43,180 bases of DNA from Nitrospirota bacterium (GTDB lineage Bacteria > Nitrospirota > UBA9217), in assembly GCA_037444505.1 (NCBI GenBank), contig JBBIMH010000019.1, positions 4,206 to 47,385 of the forward strand, read 5' to 3'. The first letter of the stretch is position 1. Every line of letters starts with the position of its first letter. The position numbers were made by a program, and so were the translations under genes. This document shows, one piece after another, positions 8,559 through 20,694 of the stretch. Under the pieces are notes generated by a model, which made no database searches, was not told the DNA's origin, and saw only the letters and a program-made list of their open reading frames with translations.

Positions 8559-9334
8559 CTGATTTCCCTTGAATCGAACACAGGCCCTTCCTTGCACGCT
8601 CTGCTGTAACCGCCCATATTCATGTGGATAGAGCATCCCATGCACGCGCCTACTCCGCATGCCATCCTCTCTTCCATGGATACATAGCACTCTATGCCCG
8701 CCTTCTGTGCAATCATGCTCACCGCACACAGCATGGCATTCGGCCCGCATGCATATACGACAGGTTCTCCCTTCATGCTGCGCCTTTCGAGTACGTCTGC
8801 GAGCAAATCGGTTATCAACCCTGTTTCGCCCGCGCTCCCGTCTTCTGTCGCAATCCTGACCTGCGAGGACAATTTCTTGAACCCACCAATGACATCCTTA
8901 GGAGGCAGGCAGTCCTCGCTCTTCGCCCCAAGCAGAACGACGGCCCGCTTGCGCGTCTTGGACGCGAGAAAATAAAGCGGCGGAAAGCCGCTCCCTCCGG
9001 AGACCAGGATAGGCACTGCATTTTTTCTCACCGCAGGGAATCCGTTCCCGAGCGGGCCGAGCATGAAAAGCTCATCCCCGGGCCCTGCATCGGAAAGGAG
9101 TATCGTCCCGCGGCCTACTATGCGATATACGATCTCGATGATGTTTCCGGAGACGGTCGAAAATATGCCGAACGGCCTGGCAAGTAGGGGATCCAGGTTC
9201 CGGGTGACCCGCAGCATCACGAACTGTCCCGGCGCCGCGGTCTTGCCGATGCCTTCCGCCTTCAGTTTCATGCGCCGGTAGCCCCTGCCCACGGCCTTGT
9301 TGGAAAGTATCTCTGCCCTATAAAGTTTATTCAA
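8543..9334 (-). CDS. pyrK: Dihydroorotate dehydrogenase electron transfer subunit
   Basis: PGQFVM, RPF, GPLGNGF, YACGP, and [2Fe-2S] motif MACGVGACMGC...CKEGPVF; adjacent to pyrD. Confidence 0.95.
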   Translation of the reverse strand: MNKLYRAEILSNKAVGRGYRRMKLKAEGIGKTAAPGQFVMLRVTRNLDPLLARPFGIFSTVSGNIIEIVYRIVGRGTILLSDAGPGDELFMLGPLGNGFPAVRKNAVPILVSGGSGFPPLYFLASKTRKRAVVLLGAKSEDCLPPKDVIGGFKKLSSQVRIATEDGSAGETGLITDLLADVLERRSMKGEPVVYACGPNAMLCAVSMIAQKAGIECYVSMEERMACGVGACMGCSIHMNMGGYSRACKEGPVFDSREIRWKQP

Positions 9335-9809
9335 TGGAAATGGTTATCTCCTGGATCTCGTACTCGACCGTCTTGCCGGGCGTCTTGATCACTACCACGT
9401 CCCCCACCTTGTGGCCGATGAGGGCCTTTCCAACCGGCGACTGGACGGATATCCTGCCCCTTTTGATATCCGCCTCGTCCTGGCCCACCAGCGTATATGT
9501 CCTGGTCTCGCCAGTATCTGTGTCCGCAAGCCTGACGGTAGAGCCAAAGACCACCTTTTCATTCGACAGCATAGAGACGTCTATTATCTGTGCGTGTGCG
9601 AGTTTGTACTCGAGCTCCCTCTTCTTTGCGTCGAGGAGCCCCTGCCTCTCCTTTGCGGCATGATACTCCGCGTTCTCCGAAAGGTCGCCGTGGGCCCGGG
9701 CCTCTTCAATGTCTCTTATGTTCTTCGGCCTTTCGACCTTGATGAGGTGGTCGAGCTCCTTCTTAAGCTTTTCATAGCCTTCTCTTGTCATCGGGATCTT
9801 CCGCGTCAT
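9327..9809 (-). CDS. greA: Transcription elongation factor GreA
   Basis: [17 protein letters not shown]; [13 protein letters not shown]. Confidence 0.97.
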   Translation of the reverse strand: MTRKIPMTREGYEKLKKELDHLIKVERPKNIRDIEEARAHGDLSENAEYHAAKERQGLLDAKKRELEYKLAHAQIIDVSMLSNEKVVFGSTVRLADTDTGETRTYTLVGQDEADIKRGRISVQSPVGKALIGHKVGDVVVIKTPGKTVEYEIQEITISIE

Positions 9810-12800
9810 GATTGCCGATACTCCTGTAGAGATATGACGCTCAGGGGCTTCACCTTCATGGACTCTATCCCGCGTACAGCCGCCTTTGCTGCGGAGATGG
9901 TCGTAAAGTAGGGTATGCCCTTCATGAGCGTGGTGCGCCTGATGGAATATGAGTCCTTCTGCGCCTCTGCGCCGTGGACGGTATTGATTACGAGGTCTAT
10001 TTTCATATCCGTGATCATATCCACTATATGGGGCCTCCCCTCGAAGACCTTGTTCACAGTCCGGACAGATATGCCCCTCTTTCGGAGATACTCCGCGGTC
10101 CCCTTGGTGGCCACAATAATGAAGCCGGCCTTCTCCAGGCCCTTCGCCACCTCGTACACAGCAGGCTTGTCCTTGTCTTTTACGCTTATGAACACCGTGC
10201 CCTTGACCGGCACCGGGTTTCCGGATGCGATCTGGGACTTGGCAAAAGACATTCCGAAGTCCGTATCTATGCCCATCACCTCGCCCGTGGACTTCATCTC
10301 GGGTCCGAGGAGCGTGTCCACTCCTGGGAACTTCGCAAACGGGAATACCGCCTCCTTGACCGCGATGTGACTGATCTTCGGAATGGCGGTAACGCCTATT
10401 TCATCGAGTCTCCTCCCCGCCATGACCCTCGCAGCAAGCTTTGCAAGCGGCAGACCGATGGCCTTGCTCACGAAAGGCACTGTGCGCGATGCCCTCGGGT
10501 TCACCTCGAGGACATATATCCTGCCGTCTTTCACCGCAAACTGGACATTCATGAGCCCGACCACGCCGAGCTCGATGGCAAGGGCGCGCGACTGGCGCTC
10601 TATCTCCGCTATGATCTCGCCGGACAGGGAAAAAGGCGGGAGCGAGCACGCAGAATCGCCTGAGTGCACACCCGCCTCTTCTATATGCTCCATGATCCCC
10701 GCGACAAGCACCGTGCGACCGTCCGAGATGGCATCCACATCTATCTCAATTGCATCCTCGAGATACCTGTCTACGAGCACAGGCCTCTCCGGAGATGCCT
10801 TCACGGCCCGGCCCATATAGTTTCTTATGCTCTCTTCGTCATAGACGATCTCCATCGCCCTGCCGCCGAGCACATACGAAGGCCGAACCATCACGGGATA
10901 GCCTATGCGGTTCGCGACCTCGACCGCCTCGTCGCACGACGTCGCAGTCCCGCTCTCCGCCTGAAGGAGCCCGAGTTTGTCCAGGAGCTCTTTGAAGCGC
11001 TTCCTGTCTTCCGCCCTGTCGATGCTGTCTGGAGACGTGCCGAGTATCGGGACGCCCTCTTCCTGGAGGGGCACGGCGAGCTTGAGCGGCGTCTGGCCGC
11101 CGAACTGGACTATGACCCCATATGGCTTTTCACGCCTTATGATATTTAAAACATCCTCGAGTGTCAAGGGTTCGAAATACAGACGGTCCGAGGTGTCGTA
11201 GTCGGTGCTCACCGTCTCAGGATTGCAGTTGACCATGATGGTCTCGAAACCATCTTCCTTCAATGCGAATGCCGCATGGACGCAGCAGTAGTCGAACTCT
11301 ATGCCCTGGCCGATGCGGTTCGGCCCTCCGCCGAGGATCACCACCTTCTTCTTGTCAGTAGGAGCCGCCTCGCACTCTGCGCCGCCCGCGCCGGGACCGG
11401 ATGGATTTCTGGCTTCGGATGCCAGCTCCCCAATTCTGTAGAATGGTTTCTCGTATGTAGAATACAGATAGGGCGTATATGCCTCGAACTCCGCGGCGCA
11501 CGTATCCACGGTCTTGAACACAGGTGTTATGCCGCGCTCGATGCGGGCGTTTCTGACGCTCTCTTCCGTGGATGTGATGAGCCTCGCAATCCTCCTGTCC
11601 GAGAAGCCGTATTCCTTTGCCCTTCTCAATGGATGGTCGAGCTGTCCGGTCCCGGCCAAAAGGATCCCCGCGCCGAGGTCTTTGATCTCCTTCTCCATAT
11701 CGACTATCTGTTTTATCTGGGTAAGGAACCAGGGGTCTATCTTCGAAAGACCGTATATCTCCTCTACGCTCATACCGACCCTGAATCCGTCTGCGATGTA
11801 CCAGAGCCTCTCCCAGTTCGGCACGCTTATCTTCTGCCTGATATCCGCAAGCCCGCTTTCCGCATCTCCGTCCCTGTCCCTCCTCGACTCGAGGCCGTAT
11901 CTGTCTATCTCGAGAGAGCGTAGCGCCTTCTGCAAGGCCTCTTTGAAAGTCCTTCCGATCGCCATCGCCTCTCCCACCGATTTCATCTGCGTCGTGAGCG
12001 TAGCGTCGGCCTGAGGAAATTTCTCGAAGGCGAAGCGCGGGAATTTGACCACTACATAGTCTATGGCAGGCTCGAACGATGCAGGCGTGGCCTTTGTAAT
12101 GTCATTCGTGATCTCATCGAGCGTATATCCCACCGCGAGCTTCGCGGCAAATTTTGCGATCGGGAAACCTGTCGCCTTGGATGCGAGCGCGGAGCTCCTC
12201 GACACCCGAGGGTTCATCTCTATCACGACGACCCTGCCGTCCTTGGGATTCACGGCGAACTGTATGTTTGAGCCGCCCGTGTCGACTCCGATCTCGCGGA
12301 TGATGCCGAGGCTGGCGTCGCGCAATATCTGATATTCCTTGTCCGTGAGCGTCTGCGCAGGGGCGACTGTGATGCTGTCGCCTGTGTGTATGCCCATGGG
12401 ATCCAGGTTCTCGATCGAGCAGACGATGACCACATTGTCCTTTGCATCGCGCATTACCTCGAGCTCATACTCCTTCCATCCTAGGACGGACTCCTCTATG
12501 AGAACCTGTCGCACAGGGCTTGCCTCGAGGCCGCGGGTGACGAGCTCTGTAAACTCCTCTCTGTTGTACGCAACCCCTCCGCCCGTGCCTCCTAGTGTAA
12601 AGGCAGGCCTCAGGATCACGGGAAATCCTATTTTATCGAGTACGCTGTACGCCTCATCGAGAGAGGTGCAGAAACCGCTCTTAGGCACCTCGAGGCCTAT
12701 GGCCTGCATGGCCTCTTTGAAAAGCTCCCTGTCCTCGGCCTTCTTTATGGCCGGCAGCTTCGCACCAATGAGCTCGACACCATATCTGTCCAGGACCCCG

Positions 12801-13114
12801 GCGTCTGCGAGCGAGACCGCGGTATTGAGGCCGGTCTGGCCTCCCATCGTAGGCAAAAGCGCATCCGGCCGCTCGCGCTCTATAATCTTCTCGACGACCT
12901 CGGGGGTGATAGGCTCGATATATGTCCTGTCCGACATGTCCGGATCCGTCATGATGGTGGCGGGATTCGAATTCACGAGCACCACGGAATAACCCTCCTC
13001 GCGTAGGGCCTTGCATGCCTGCACGCCTGAGTAGTCGAACTCGCATGCCTGGCCGATTGTAATCGGTCCCGAGCCTATGATGAGTATCTTTTTTATGTCT
13101 GTCCGTTTCGGCAT
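9806..13114 (-). CDS. carB: Carbamoyl-phosphate synthase large subunit
   Basis: [30 protein letters not shown]; duplicated ATP-grasp halves; C-terminal MGS domain. Confidence 0.99.
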   Translation of the reverse strand: MPKRTDIKKILIIGSGPITIGQACEFDYSGVQACKALREEGYSVVLVNSNPATIMTDPDMSDRTYIEPITPEVVEKIIERERPDALLPTMGGQTGLNTAVSLADAGVLDRYGVELIGAKLPAIKKAEDRELFKEAMQAIGLEVPKSGFCTSLDEAYSVLDKIGFPVILRPAFTLGGTGGGVAYNREEFTELVTRGLEASPVRQVLIEESVLGWKEYELEVMRDAKDNVVIVCSIENLDPMGIHTGDSITVAPAQTLTDKEYQILRDASLGIIREIGVDTGGSNIQFAVNPKDGRVVVIEMNPRVSRSSALASKATGFPIAKFAAKLAVGYTLDEITNDITKATPASFEPAIDYVVVKFPRFAFEKFPQADATLTTQMKSVGEAMAIGRTFKEALQKALRSLEIDRYGLESRRDRDGDAESGLADIRQKISVPNWERLWYIADGFRVGMSVEEIYGLSKIDPWFLTQIKQIVDMEKEIKDLGAGILLAGTGQLDHPLRRAKEYGFSDRRIARLITSTEESVRNARIERGITPVFKTVDTCAAEFEAYTPYLYSTYEKPFYRIGELASEARNPSGPGAGGAECEAAPTDKKKVVILGGGPNRIGQGIEFDYCCVHAAFALKEDGFETIMVNCNPETVSTDYDTSDRLYFEPLTLEDVLNIIRREKPYGVIVQFGGQTPLKLAVPLQEEGVPILGTSPDSIDRAEDRKRFKELLDKLGLLQAESGTATSCDEAVEVANRIGYPVMVRPSYVLGGRAMEIVYDEESIRNYMGRAVKASPERPVLVDRYLEDAIEIDVDAISDGRTVLVAGIMEHIEEAGVHSGDSACSLPPFSLSGEIIAEIERQSRALAIELGVVGLMNVQFAVKDGRIYVLEVNPRASRTVPFVSKAIGLPLAKLAARVMAGRRLDEIGVTAIPKISHIAVKEAVFPFAKFPGVDTLLGPEMKSTGEVMGIDTDFGMSFAKSQIASGNPVPVKGTVFISVKDKDKPAVYEVAKGLEKAGFIIVATKGTAEYLRKRGISVRTVNKVFEGRPHIVDMITDMKIDLVINTVHGAEAQKDSYSIRRTTLMKGIPYFTTISAAKAAVRGIESMKVKPLSVISLQEYRQS

Positions 13115-13136
13115 CTGGATCCACCTTGAATTTTAT

Positions 13137-13363
13137 GGCTCATCGCGCATAATGGTGCAAATTATAATTTCAGATAAAGCTTGGCAGGGCATGCCTTCAT
13201 GACTTTTAGAACGCCATGAATATTATATCTGTGTATTGTGAATATATAACCCCCGGCCTCATGAATCAGCGTTGTGTCTGTTATGCTGATTTCCGCCTAA
13301 GGTATCACGCTAAGAGTCATTCCGGCACACGCTGCCGGCCTGCACCTAAAAACGTGACGAGCC
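13137..13363. mobile_element. 227-bp MITE-like element, copy 1, with 8-bp target-site duplication
   Basis: Ends GGCTCATC...GACGAGCC; flanked by AATTTTAT at 13129-13136 and 13364-13371; about 85% identical (hand alignment, ungapped) to the reverse complement of 41694-41920; non-coding and AT-rich. Confidence 0.88.
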
Positions 13364-13370
13364 AATTTTA

Positions 13371-14270
13371 TTAGTCCTGCCCCTGCACCCAGCCGTTCTC
13401 GAGACCGTATCTCTCCATGCTGCGGAATGCATCCTCGTACTCCTCTCTTTTGAGCCTGCGGCCGAGCTCAGGGTGCTCCAAGGCGCGATACGTCGGAAAG
13501 TACTGGTTCATGAGGCTTATATATACCCCTGTAGAAAGCTCACCAGCAATGAATCTAATTATGTCTTCCGTACCCGCGATTCCGTTCGGCAGGACGAGGT
13601 GCCGGATTATGAGGCCGCGCCTCGCTATCCCATTCTCATCCATTGTCAGGTCCCCTACCTGCCTGTACATCTCCCTGAGTGCGTTCCTGTTTATCTCTAC
13701 ATAGTGAGGCGCAACAGAGTATCTGCCGGCGGCGCTGTTGTCTGAGTATCTCATGTCCGGCAGATATATGTCCACGATACCATCGAGGATCTTGAGCGCC
13801 TCTACGGTCTCATACCCGCTCGTATTGTATACAATAGGGAGATCAAATCCCCTTTCGCGTGCGATAGCCAGCGCCCTAAGTATCTGAGGCATGAAGTGCG
13901 TAGGTGTCACCAGGTTGATATTGTGGCAGCCCTGCTCCTGGAGCCAGAGCATCTGGCAGGCGAGCTCCCCCGGCGTGCGCTCCACACCGTGTCCCATCTG
14001 GCTTATGGGATAGTTCTGGCAATAGACGCAGCGCAGACTGCAATTTGCGAAGAAGATTGCGCCGGAGCCCTTGCTGCCCGAGATCGGCGGTTCCTCTCCG
14101 AAGTGGGGGCTCGCACTCGAGACAACAGGGTTGAGGCCAGATCTGCAGAAACCCAGTTTGTCATTCTTGAGCCTGTTGACCCCGCATTCGCGAGGGCAGA
14201 GGCGGCACGCCTCCAAGAGTGCATATGCAGCCTCTATGCGCTCGCGCAGCTCTACATCCGAAAGCAACAT
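13371..14270 (-). CDS. Radical SAM protein, PflX-like (uncharacterised)
   Basis: CRLCPRECGVNR...GFC; HFGEEPPISG; CSLRCVYCQN (CxxxCxxC); HNINLVTPTH; DIYLPD; RHLVLP. Confidence 0.9.
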   Translation of the reverse strand: MLLSDVELRERIEAAYALLEACRLCPRECGVNRLKNDKLGFCRSGLNPVVSSASPHFGEEPPISGSKGSGAIFFANCSLRCVYCQNYPISQMGHGVERTPGELACQMLWLQEQGCHNINLVTPTHFMPQILRALAIARERGFDLPIVYNTSGYETVEALKILDGIVDIYLPDMRYSDNSAAGRYSVAPHYVEINRNALREMYRQVGDLTMDENGIARRGLIIRHLVLPNGIAGTEDIIRFIAGELSTGVYISLMNQYFPTYRALEHPELGRRLKREEYEDAFRSMERYGLENGWVQGQD

Positions 14271-14279
14271 CTCCCGTCC

Positions 14280-15416
14280 TTACTTCCTCGACGCCCCTTG
14301 CCTCTCCCGCTCCATCATCTCCACGAACCTGGCGAAAAGATACCTGCTGTCGTGCGGCCCGGGCGAGGCCTCGGGATGATACTGCACGGCGAATGCAGGC
14401 AGGCGCTTATGGCTTATGCCCTCGCACGTTCTGTCATTGAGATTGACATGAGTGACATCGCAGTGTTCCCTTATGCTCTCTATGTCCACTGCAAAGCCGT
14501 GGTTCTCGGCTGCGATCTCGACCTTCTTAGTAGTCAGGTCCATGATGGGCTGATTTGCGCCGTGGTGGCCGAACTTAAGTTTGTATGTCCTCCCGCCCAA
14601 GGCGAGCCCCAGAAGCTGTTGCCCCAGGCATATGCCGAAGACCGGTTTTTTGCCCAGTATCTTCCGGATGTTTTCTATGGCATAGGTCAACGGCTCAGGG
14701 TCGCCGGGCCCGTTCGAGAGAAAAACGCCGTCCGGATCCATCGCAAGCACCTCTTCCGCAGGCATTGTCGCAGGGACGACGGTCACATCGCAGCCTGCTG
14801 AGGTGAGCAGCCTCAGTATGTTCCGCTTGACGCCGTAGTCATATGCGACGACGTGGTATTTCGATACCCCCTTCTTCGCATAGCCTGCGGTCAGGCTCCA
14901 GTCCCCCTCTTCCCATTTATAGGGTCTTCTGCATGTGACGTCCTTTACAAGATCCAGTCCTGCCATCTTGGGTAGCCTGCCGGCCCTTTCAGCAAGGCTT
15001 TTGAAGTCTAGATCCACAGTGGAGATTATCCCCGGCTGCGCACCGAAGTCCCTCAGATGGCGTGTAAGGGCTCGCGTGTCTATCCCCTGTATGCAGACGA
15101 TCCCATGTTCCTTCAGATACTCAGAAAGGGTCTTCTTCATGCGCCAGTTAGAAGGATGCTCCGCATGCTCCTTCACGATGAACCCTTCCACCCACGGCCT
15201 ATGTGATTCCACGTCTTCGGGATTCACCCCGTAGTTCCCGATCTGGGTATAGGTCATGGTGACGATCTGACCCTTATATGACGGATCTGTGAGTATTTCC
15301 TGATAGCCGGTCATGCTCGTATTGAATACGACCTCACCGCTCGCCTCTCCCTCCGCGCCGAACGACTCTCCCACGAATATCAAACCGTCTGATAGAGCAA
15401 GAACAGCCTTTTTCAT
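14280..15416 (-). CDS. carA: Carbamoyl-phosphate synthase small subunit
   Basis: [21 protein letters not shown]; SNGPGDP; GICLGQQ; [10 protein letters not shown]. Confidence 0.99.
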   Translation of the reverse strand: MKKAVLALSDGLIFVGESFGAEGEASGEVVFNTSMTGYQEILTDPSYKGQIVTMTYTQIGNYGVNPEDVESHRPWVEGFIVKEHAEHPSNWRMKKTLSEYLKEHGIVCIQGIDTRALTRHLRDFGAQPGIISTVDLDFKSLAERAGRLPKMAGLDLVKDVTCRRPYKWEEGDWSLTAGYAKKGVSKYHVVAYDYGVKRNILRLLTSAGCDVTVVPATMPAEEVLAMDPDGVFLSNGPGDPEPLTYAIENIRKILGKKPVFGICLGQQLLGLALGGRTYKLKFGHHGANQPIMDLTTKKVEIAAENHGFAVDIESIREHCDVTHVNLNDRTCEGISHKRLPAFAVQYHPEASPGPHDSRYLFARFVEMMERERQGASRK

Positions 15417-16321
15417 AGCACGAACGAGTCCCTTTTCTTTCCATTGATATCTATCACTTCAACAGACACCATTTCTCCGTCTATGGTCACGAGTATGAAG
15501 TGGTGAAAGCCCCCTTCCTTCTCGCCTGCGTACAGAGGCGCGCCTCCGCCCCCTGTTGTGATGTGCGGAATGCCGCCCACATCCTTTCTGAGATAGAGGT
15601 GCTCGTGGCCCGTGAACACGGCGGATACCTTGTATCTCACGAACAGGTCCTGGAGCCTGTCCCTGTCGTCCGGATACCTATCGAGGCTGTTTCCGTGGTG
15701 CCTGCCCCTGTCCTTATCCGGATAGAGCGGATGGTGCAGGAATACGAATTTATGTCTCTGTGATGAGCCGAACAGCACCGCCTCGAGCCACCTGTACTGC
15801 TTTCCTGCAATCCTCTTCTGCTCGCCGGTTAGATAAGAATCGAGTACTACGAAGAGGGAGTTGCCCGCAGCGAACGAATAATATAGCTCGTTGCCGGGGA
15901 GGTCCACCTGGTCTTTGTATATCTGCTCGCTCTTTCTGTCGTTTACGTCGTGATTGCCTACCGTCAGGAAGTACGGGACGGAAATCACCCTCGACATATC
16001 CCAGAAATCCGCCCAATCGTCGAGATCCCCGGGATCCGGTATCTGGTCTCCTGTGTTGATGATGAATGCAGGCGACCTTTCCATGGCCGTCGAGATGAGC
16101 CTCTTGTATTCCGCATCCCCTGAGCGATTGTCGCCGAGCACCACAAATGAGAATCTCCCATTGATCCGCTCGAGCTCGGACAGCCTCTTCGCTATATCCT
16201 GAGCCTGGGATGCAAGCGCCGGCGCGGCAGACAGCATCAAAAACAGAAGAAATAAAGGCTTCAGCAATCCGGCGCCCCGGGATCCCACGCCAGCAGGCCT
16301 ATGCCCCTCGACCCCTGTCAT
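15413..16321 (-). CDS. Exported calcineurin-like metallophosphoesterase (purple acid phosphatase-like)
   Basis: GD, TGD, GNHD, HHP and GHEH motifs; hydrophobic signal ending APALA. Start set at ATG 16321, overlapping the pyrC stop (ATGA). Confidence 0.88.
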   Translation of the reverse strand: MTGVEGHRPAGVGSRGAGLLKPLFLLFLMLSAAPALASQAQDIAKRLSELERINGRFSFVVLGDNRSGDAEYKRLISTAMERSPAFIINTGDQIPDPGDLDDWADFWDMSRVISVPYFLTVGNHDVNDRKSEQIYKDQVDLPGNELYYSFAAGNSLFVVLDSYLTGEQKRIAGKQYRWLEAVLFGSSQRHKFVFLHHPLYPDKDRGRHHGNSLDRYPDDRDRLQDLFVRYKVSAVFTGHEHLYLRKDVGGIPHITTGGGGAPLYAGEKEGGFHHFILVTIDGEMVSVEVIDINGKKRDSFVL

Positions 16322-17583
16322 ACCCTTCCTCCCACGATAGTCTGGACCGCCCTGCCTTTGAGCCTCCACCCCGCGAACGGCGTATTTCTCGATTTAGACC
16401 TGAACTGAGACGGTTCTACAGTCCACTCGATTTCAGGGTCTATGATGGTAATGTCCGCATCCGCGCCGACAGAGAGCGTCCCCTTGTTAAGATCCAGTAT
16501 AGACGCAGGATTCAGACTCAGCTTGCGAACAAACTCCGGCAATCCAAGCACGCCTTCGCGCACCAGACCGAGGGAAAGCCCGACAGCAGTCTCGAGGCCC
16601 ACTATGCCGAAGGCGGCGTTGTCGAACTCTACGGCCTTTTCATCCAAGGCATGCGGCGCATGGTCTGTCGCGATGACGTCTATGGTGCCGTCCTTGAGGC
16701 CGCTCTTTATAGCCTCCACATCGGACCCTGTCCTAAGCGGTGGATTCATCTTGGCCATTGTATTGTAACCCCTCGCGGCCTCCTCGGTCAAAACAAAGTA
16801 ATGGGGACATGTCTCGCATGTGACCTTTACACCCCGCTGCTTGGCCTCACGTATGATCCTCACAGAGCCGGCGGTGCTTACATGCGCTATGTGGAGTCTG
16901 CATCCGGTAAGCTCGGCAAGAAGCACGTCCCTCGCCACCATCACTTCTTCCGCCGCCCTAGGTATTCCACGAAGCCCCAGCTCAGTAGCCACGAACCCCT
17001 CGTTCATCACACCCTTGAAAGAGAGCGACGTGTCCTCGCAGTGCGAGATCACGGGCATCCCGAATATGCCGGCATACTCCATCGCCCTGCGCATCAGGGC
17101 CGCGCTCATCACAGGTCTGCCGTCATCGGAGATGGCGACGCATCCCGCGTCATATAGTTCTCCGATATCCGCGAGCTCCTCGCCGTTCGAGCCCTTTGTA
17201 ATCGCGCCGACGGGAAATACATTGACGAAGCCGGTCTTCCCTGCCAGCGAGAGGATGAACTCCGTGACAGAGCGGTTGTCATTGACCGGCCTCGTGTTCG
17301 GCATGCAGCAGACAGATGTGAACCCGCCCGCCCTTGCAGAGGCGGTGCCGGTCTCTATGGTCTCCTTGTACTCAAACCCGGGCTCGCGCAGGTGCACATG
17401 CATATCGACAAGCCCCGGCACCACGAGCCTGCCCGAGGCATCTATTACGTACGCGCCGTCTTCGGAAATTGAGCCCGGCCTGGCGATGCGTGCGATCCTG
17501 CCTTCGGAAACGAGGATGTCCAGCTCTTCATCAAGATTGTTGGCGGGATCTATGATCCGGCCGTTTTTGACGAGGATATTCAT
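16318..17583 (-). CDS. pyrC: Dihydroorotase (type I, multifunctional-complex type)
   Basis: [10 protein letters not shown]; CMPNT; HIAHVS; KMNPPLR; IATDHAPH; SKSRNTPF. Confidence 0.97.
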   Translation of the reverse strand: MNILVKNGRIIDPANNLDEELDILVSEGRIARIARPGSISEDGAYVIDASGRLVVPGLVDMHVHLREPGFEYKETIETGTASARAGGFTSVCCMPNTRPVNDNRSVTEFILSLAGKTGFVNVFPVGAITKGSNGEELADIGELYDAGCVAISDDGRPVMSAALMRRAMEYAGIFGMPVISHCEDTSLSFKGVMNEGFVATELGLRGIPRAAEEVMVARDVLLAELTGCRLHIAHVSTAGSVRIIREAKQRGVKVTCETCPHYFVLTEEAARGYNTMAKMNPPLRTGSDVEAIKSGLKDGTIDVIATDHAPHALDEKAVEFDNAAFGIVGLETAVGLSLGLVREGVLGLPEFVRKLSLNPASILDLNKGTLSVGADADITIIDPEIEWTVEPSQFRSKSRNTPFAGWRLKGRAVQTIVGGRV

Positions 17584-17779
17584 TTCAGAAACCTGAGCCG
17601 GCTGTCGAGCCGAGAGAATATTGCAGATGGATTCGAAACAGCCCCTTCATTTCATGTATCTCCTCGGCCGTTCAAGTAATGTCAAAAGTTATCCCCACTC
17701 TCCCTTGGGGGAGCGGGTTTTTCTACTTCCCCATAATATTACAGAACGGTTTTCATAAAATTTTTGATACTACCGCCGT

Positions 17780-18721
17780 TCATGACAATGATTGCGTTTC
17801 GGCCCTGCCGCCTCCTGACAACAGGAACATCACCGCCATGCGCACTGCGACACCGTACGTCACCTGGTCGAGAATCACGGAGCCCTCATCGGCCACATCG
17901 GACATTATCTCCACCCCCCTGTTCATAGGGCCTGGGTGCATGACGATCGCCCCGTCTTTAGCGAGCGAGAGCCGTCTCTTGTTAAGACCGTAGAGCCTCG
18001 CATATTCCCTCACTCCCGGGAACAGGCCGGCCGCCTGGCGCTCGAGCTGGAGTCTCAGCATCATTATCACGTCTGCACCATCCACGGCCTTGTCCATATC
18101 ATAATAGACCGATACATTCAGCCGCTCTATATCCCTCGGCATCATGGTAGGGGGGCCGCATACGCGCACCCTCGCGCCCAACGCGGTGAGACCGTAAATG
18201 TTCGAGCGCGCCACCCTGCTGTGAGCTATGTCTCCGACGATGGCCACATCAAGGCCCTCGATCCTTCCGAGCCGCTCTCTTATCGTGAACATATCGAGCA
18301 GGGCCTGGGTAGGATGTTCATGAAAACCGTCTCCTGCGTTTATCACAGAGCTCTTAAGCCTCTTTGCCAGCAATTCCGGAGCGCCGGAACAAGGGTGCCT
18401 GACGATGATCATGTCGCTCTTCATCGCCTCTATGTTCTTCGCCGTATCGAGCAGTGTCTCGCCCTTGACGACGCTGCTCGTCGAGACGGATATGTTTATC
18501 ACATCCGCGGACAGCCGCTTGCCCGCGAGCTCGAACGACGTCCTCGTGCGCGTGCTTGCCTCGTAGAAGAGGTTTATGACCGTCTTGCCCCTGAGCGCAG
18601 GTACCTTTTTTATCTCGCGTTCCGATACGTCTTTGAAGGACATGGCGGTATCGAGGATGAGATTTATCTCATCCGCCGACATGCCTCTTATGCCGAGCAG
18701 ATCTTTCGAGCCGAGAGCCAT
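17780..18721 (-). CDS. pyrB: Aspartate carbamoyltransferase catalytic subunit
   Basis: [12 protein letters not shown]; [16 protein letters not shown]; RLQLER; HPGPMNRG. Confidence 0.98.
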   Translation of the reverse strand: MALGSKDLLGIRGMSADEINLILDTAMSFKDVSEREIKKVPALRGKTVINLFYEASTRTRTSFELAGKRLSADVINISVSTSSVVKGETLLDTAKNIEAMKSDMIIVRHPCSGAPELLAKRLKSSVINAGDGFHEHPTQALLDMFTIRERLGRIEGLDVAIVGDIAHSRVARSNIYGLTALGARVRVCGPPTMMPRDIERLNVSVYYDMDKAVDGADVIMMLRLQLERQAAGLFPGVREYARLYGLNKRRLSLAKDGAIVMHPGPMNRGVEIMSDVADEGSVILDQVTYGVAVRMAVMFLLSGGGRAETQSLS

Positions 18722-18816
18722 TCCAACCTCGTTAAGTAAGGGTCATGGGTCAAGGGGCAAAGGGTCTGAAGTAGAAAGAGAGAAGAATGTTCGAGCCCCC
18801 GCCCGCCCCCCCTTTT

Positions 18817-19421
<605 letters not shown>

Positions 19422-19477
19422 TCCATGTGCGCAAAAAGATGATGTCAGTACGTGACGTGCCGATTTCACATCGCCCG

Positions 19478-19512
19478 CCCTTTCTGGCCTCACTGGACCA
19501 GATTTAAAAGGA
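19478..19512 (-). promoter_or_regulatory. PyrR-binding RNA loop (anti-antiterminator)
   Basis: Minus strand CCTTTTAAATCTGGTCCAGTGAGGCCAGAAAGGG matches the PyrR-site consensus CUUUAA...RUCCNGNGAGGY...AAGG. Confidence 0.88.
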
Positions 19513-19528
19513 TGATTGAAACAAATGT

Positions 19529-19558
19529 AAAATACCCGAAGTACCGCCCCCGTGTCAA
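19529..19558 (-). promoter_or_regulatory. Sigma70-type promoter of the pyr operon
   Basis: TTGACA-N18-TATTTT just upstream of the PyrR loop. Confidence 0.6.
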
Positions 19559-19713
19559 GAAGTATTTTGACGGTGCCAACCCAAAATAGAAGTGTCCGGT
19601 CTTTACCGAGATAGAAAGATGGCCATAAAATCAGGAAGAACGTCAAAAAGGCCGGCTTTTTCTCTTGACAAGACGCCTTCAAACGAGTGGCTCCAAATAC
19701 TATGCGGCATTAG

Positions 19714-19920
19714 TTACAGATGCAGCACACTCTCTCCCTTGTTCTCCAACGCATACCACGTAGCGAGATAATCCCGTACCTGTCTGGTGATGAGGAAATT
19801 GTTCCGCACATATTCCCTGGCGCGCTCGCCCATACGCTTCGCCATTGCCGGGTTGTTAAGGATCTGCCTTATCCGAAAGGCCACGCCTTCCACGGAATGG
19901 ATGAGAAAACCAGTCACCCC
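19714..19920 (-). pseudogene. 3' remnant of a GT4 glycosyltransferase resembling trehalose synthase TreT
   Basis: GVTGFLIHSVEGVAFRIRQILNNPAMAKRMGERAREYVRNNFLITRQVRDYL resembles the GT4/TreT C-terminus; the 5' part is replaced by transposase sequence; an otsA remnant lies nearby. Confidence 0.72.
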
Positions 19921-20459
19921 TGCGTAGATGGAGCTGTTTCGGCCTCATCTGGCGGCCCGAATTCCCGGGACTTCGCGTTCCACCAAGCCCTTATCGGAAA
20001 GTGGCCGAAAATCCGGACCAGTCCCGACCGCACTCGGCCCGCTGCTATTGGTTGCCCATTCCGCCACGGCGTTACCGAGGCAAGACGGTTCACCTTGTCG
20101 CCGCCCTTGATGGCCAAAAGCTGCGGCAGAGCGTAACCGATGCCCATGATATGAAACCAGCGGTGCAGCACCTGGCAGGTCTGCTGCCAGGTTTCTTTCC
20201 AGCCCCAGTTGTTCTTGGCCTGATTGAACATGCTCTCAATGGGCCAGCGCCGGGCATAGATCCAGATCACGTCGGTTGCCGAAAGCGTCAAGTCCGTGGC
20301 AATGATCAGCCGGTCCTTAGGCATTTTGCCCTTATCATCTTCGATGGACGACCACACGGCGACGACCATGCGGCCGTTCAAGAACCGGGCCTGAGCAAGG
20401 GCGTGACGATACCGCACCCAGCGCATCTTGCCGTAGACAAAGAGCTTGATCCAGACCAT
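19914..20459 (-). mobile_element. IS4/IS701-like DDE transposase, internal or C-terminal fragment
   Basis: LIIATDLTLSA...IYARRWPIESMFNQAKNNWG is a Y-x2-R-W-x-I-E-x6-K (YREK) signature; N-terminus missing; no terminal repeat found. Confidence 0.8.
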
Positions 20460-20694
20460 TTGAAAAGTTTGCAGAGACGGTCGAGCGTCACTGGGACGGC
20501 ATCGCCGCTTTCTGCAAGCCGGAAAACAAGGTATCCCTCGGCTTTGCCCAAGGTCTGAACAACAAGATCAGAGTCATACAGCGACGGGCATACGGGCTAC
20601 GGGATGAAGCATATCTCCGCCTCAAGGTGCTCACTTGTATGCTGCCGCCGCTATAAACGGCTTAAAAAGCACCCACTCAGTTTGGAGAAGAGCC
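20456..20694 (+). mobile_element. ISL3-family IS remnant (transposase C-terminus plus right inverted repeat)
   Basis: Not in the ORF track. 20456-20656 translates to PFEKFAETVERHWDGIAAFCKPENKVSLGFAQGLNNKIRVIQRRAYGLRDEAYLRLKVLTCMLPPL*, matching the ISL3 EGxNNKIKxIxRxAYG signature; the element ends ...GGAGAAGAGCC at 20694. Confidence 0.88.

Noticed and set aside
13137-13363. Riboswitch or second PyrR attenuator upstream of carB
   Set aside because: No PyrR consensus; terminal repeats, a target duplication and a second copy at an unrelated gene indicate a mobile repeat.
17693-17724. GC hairpin plus T tract on the plus strand between pyrB and pyrC
   Set aside because: It is antisense to the operon with no plus-strand gene to terminate; single copy; function unsupported.
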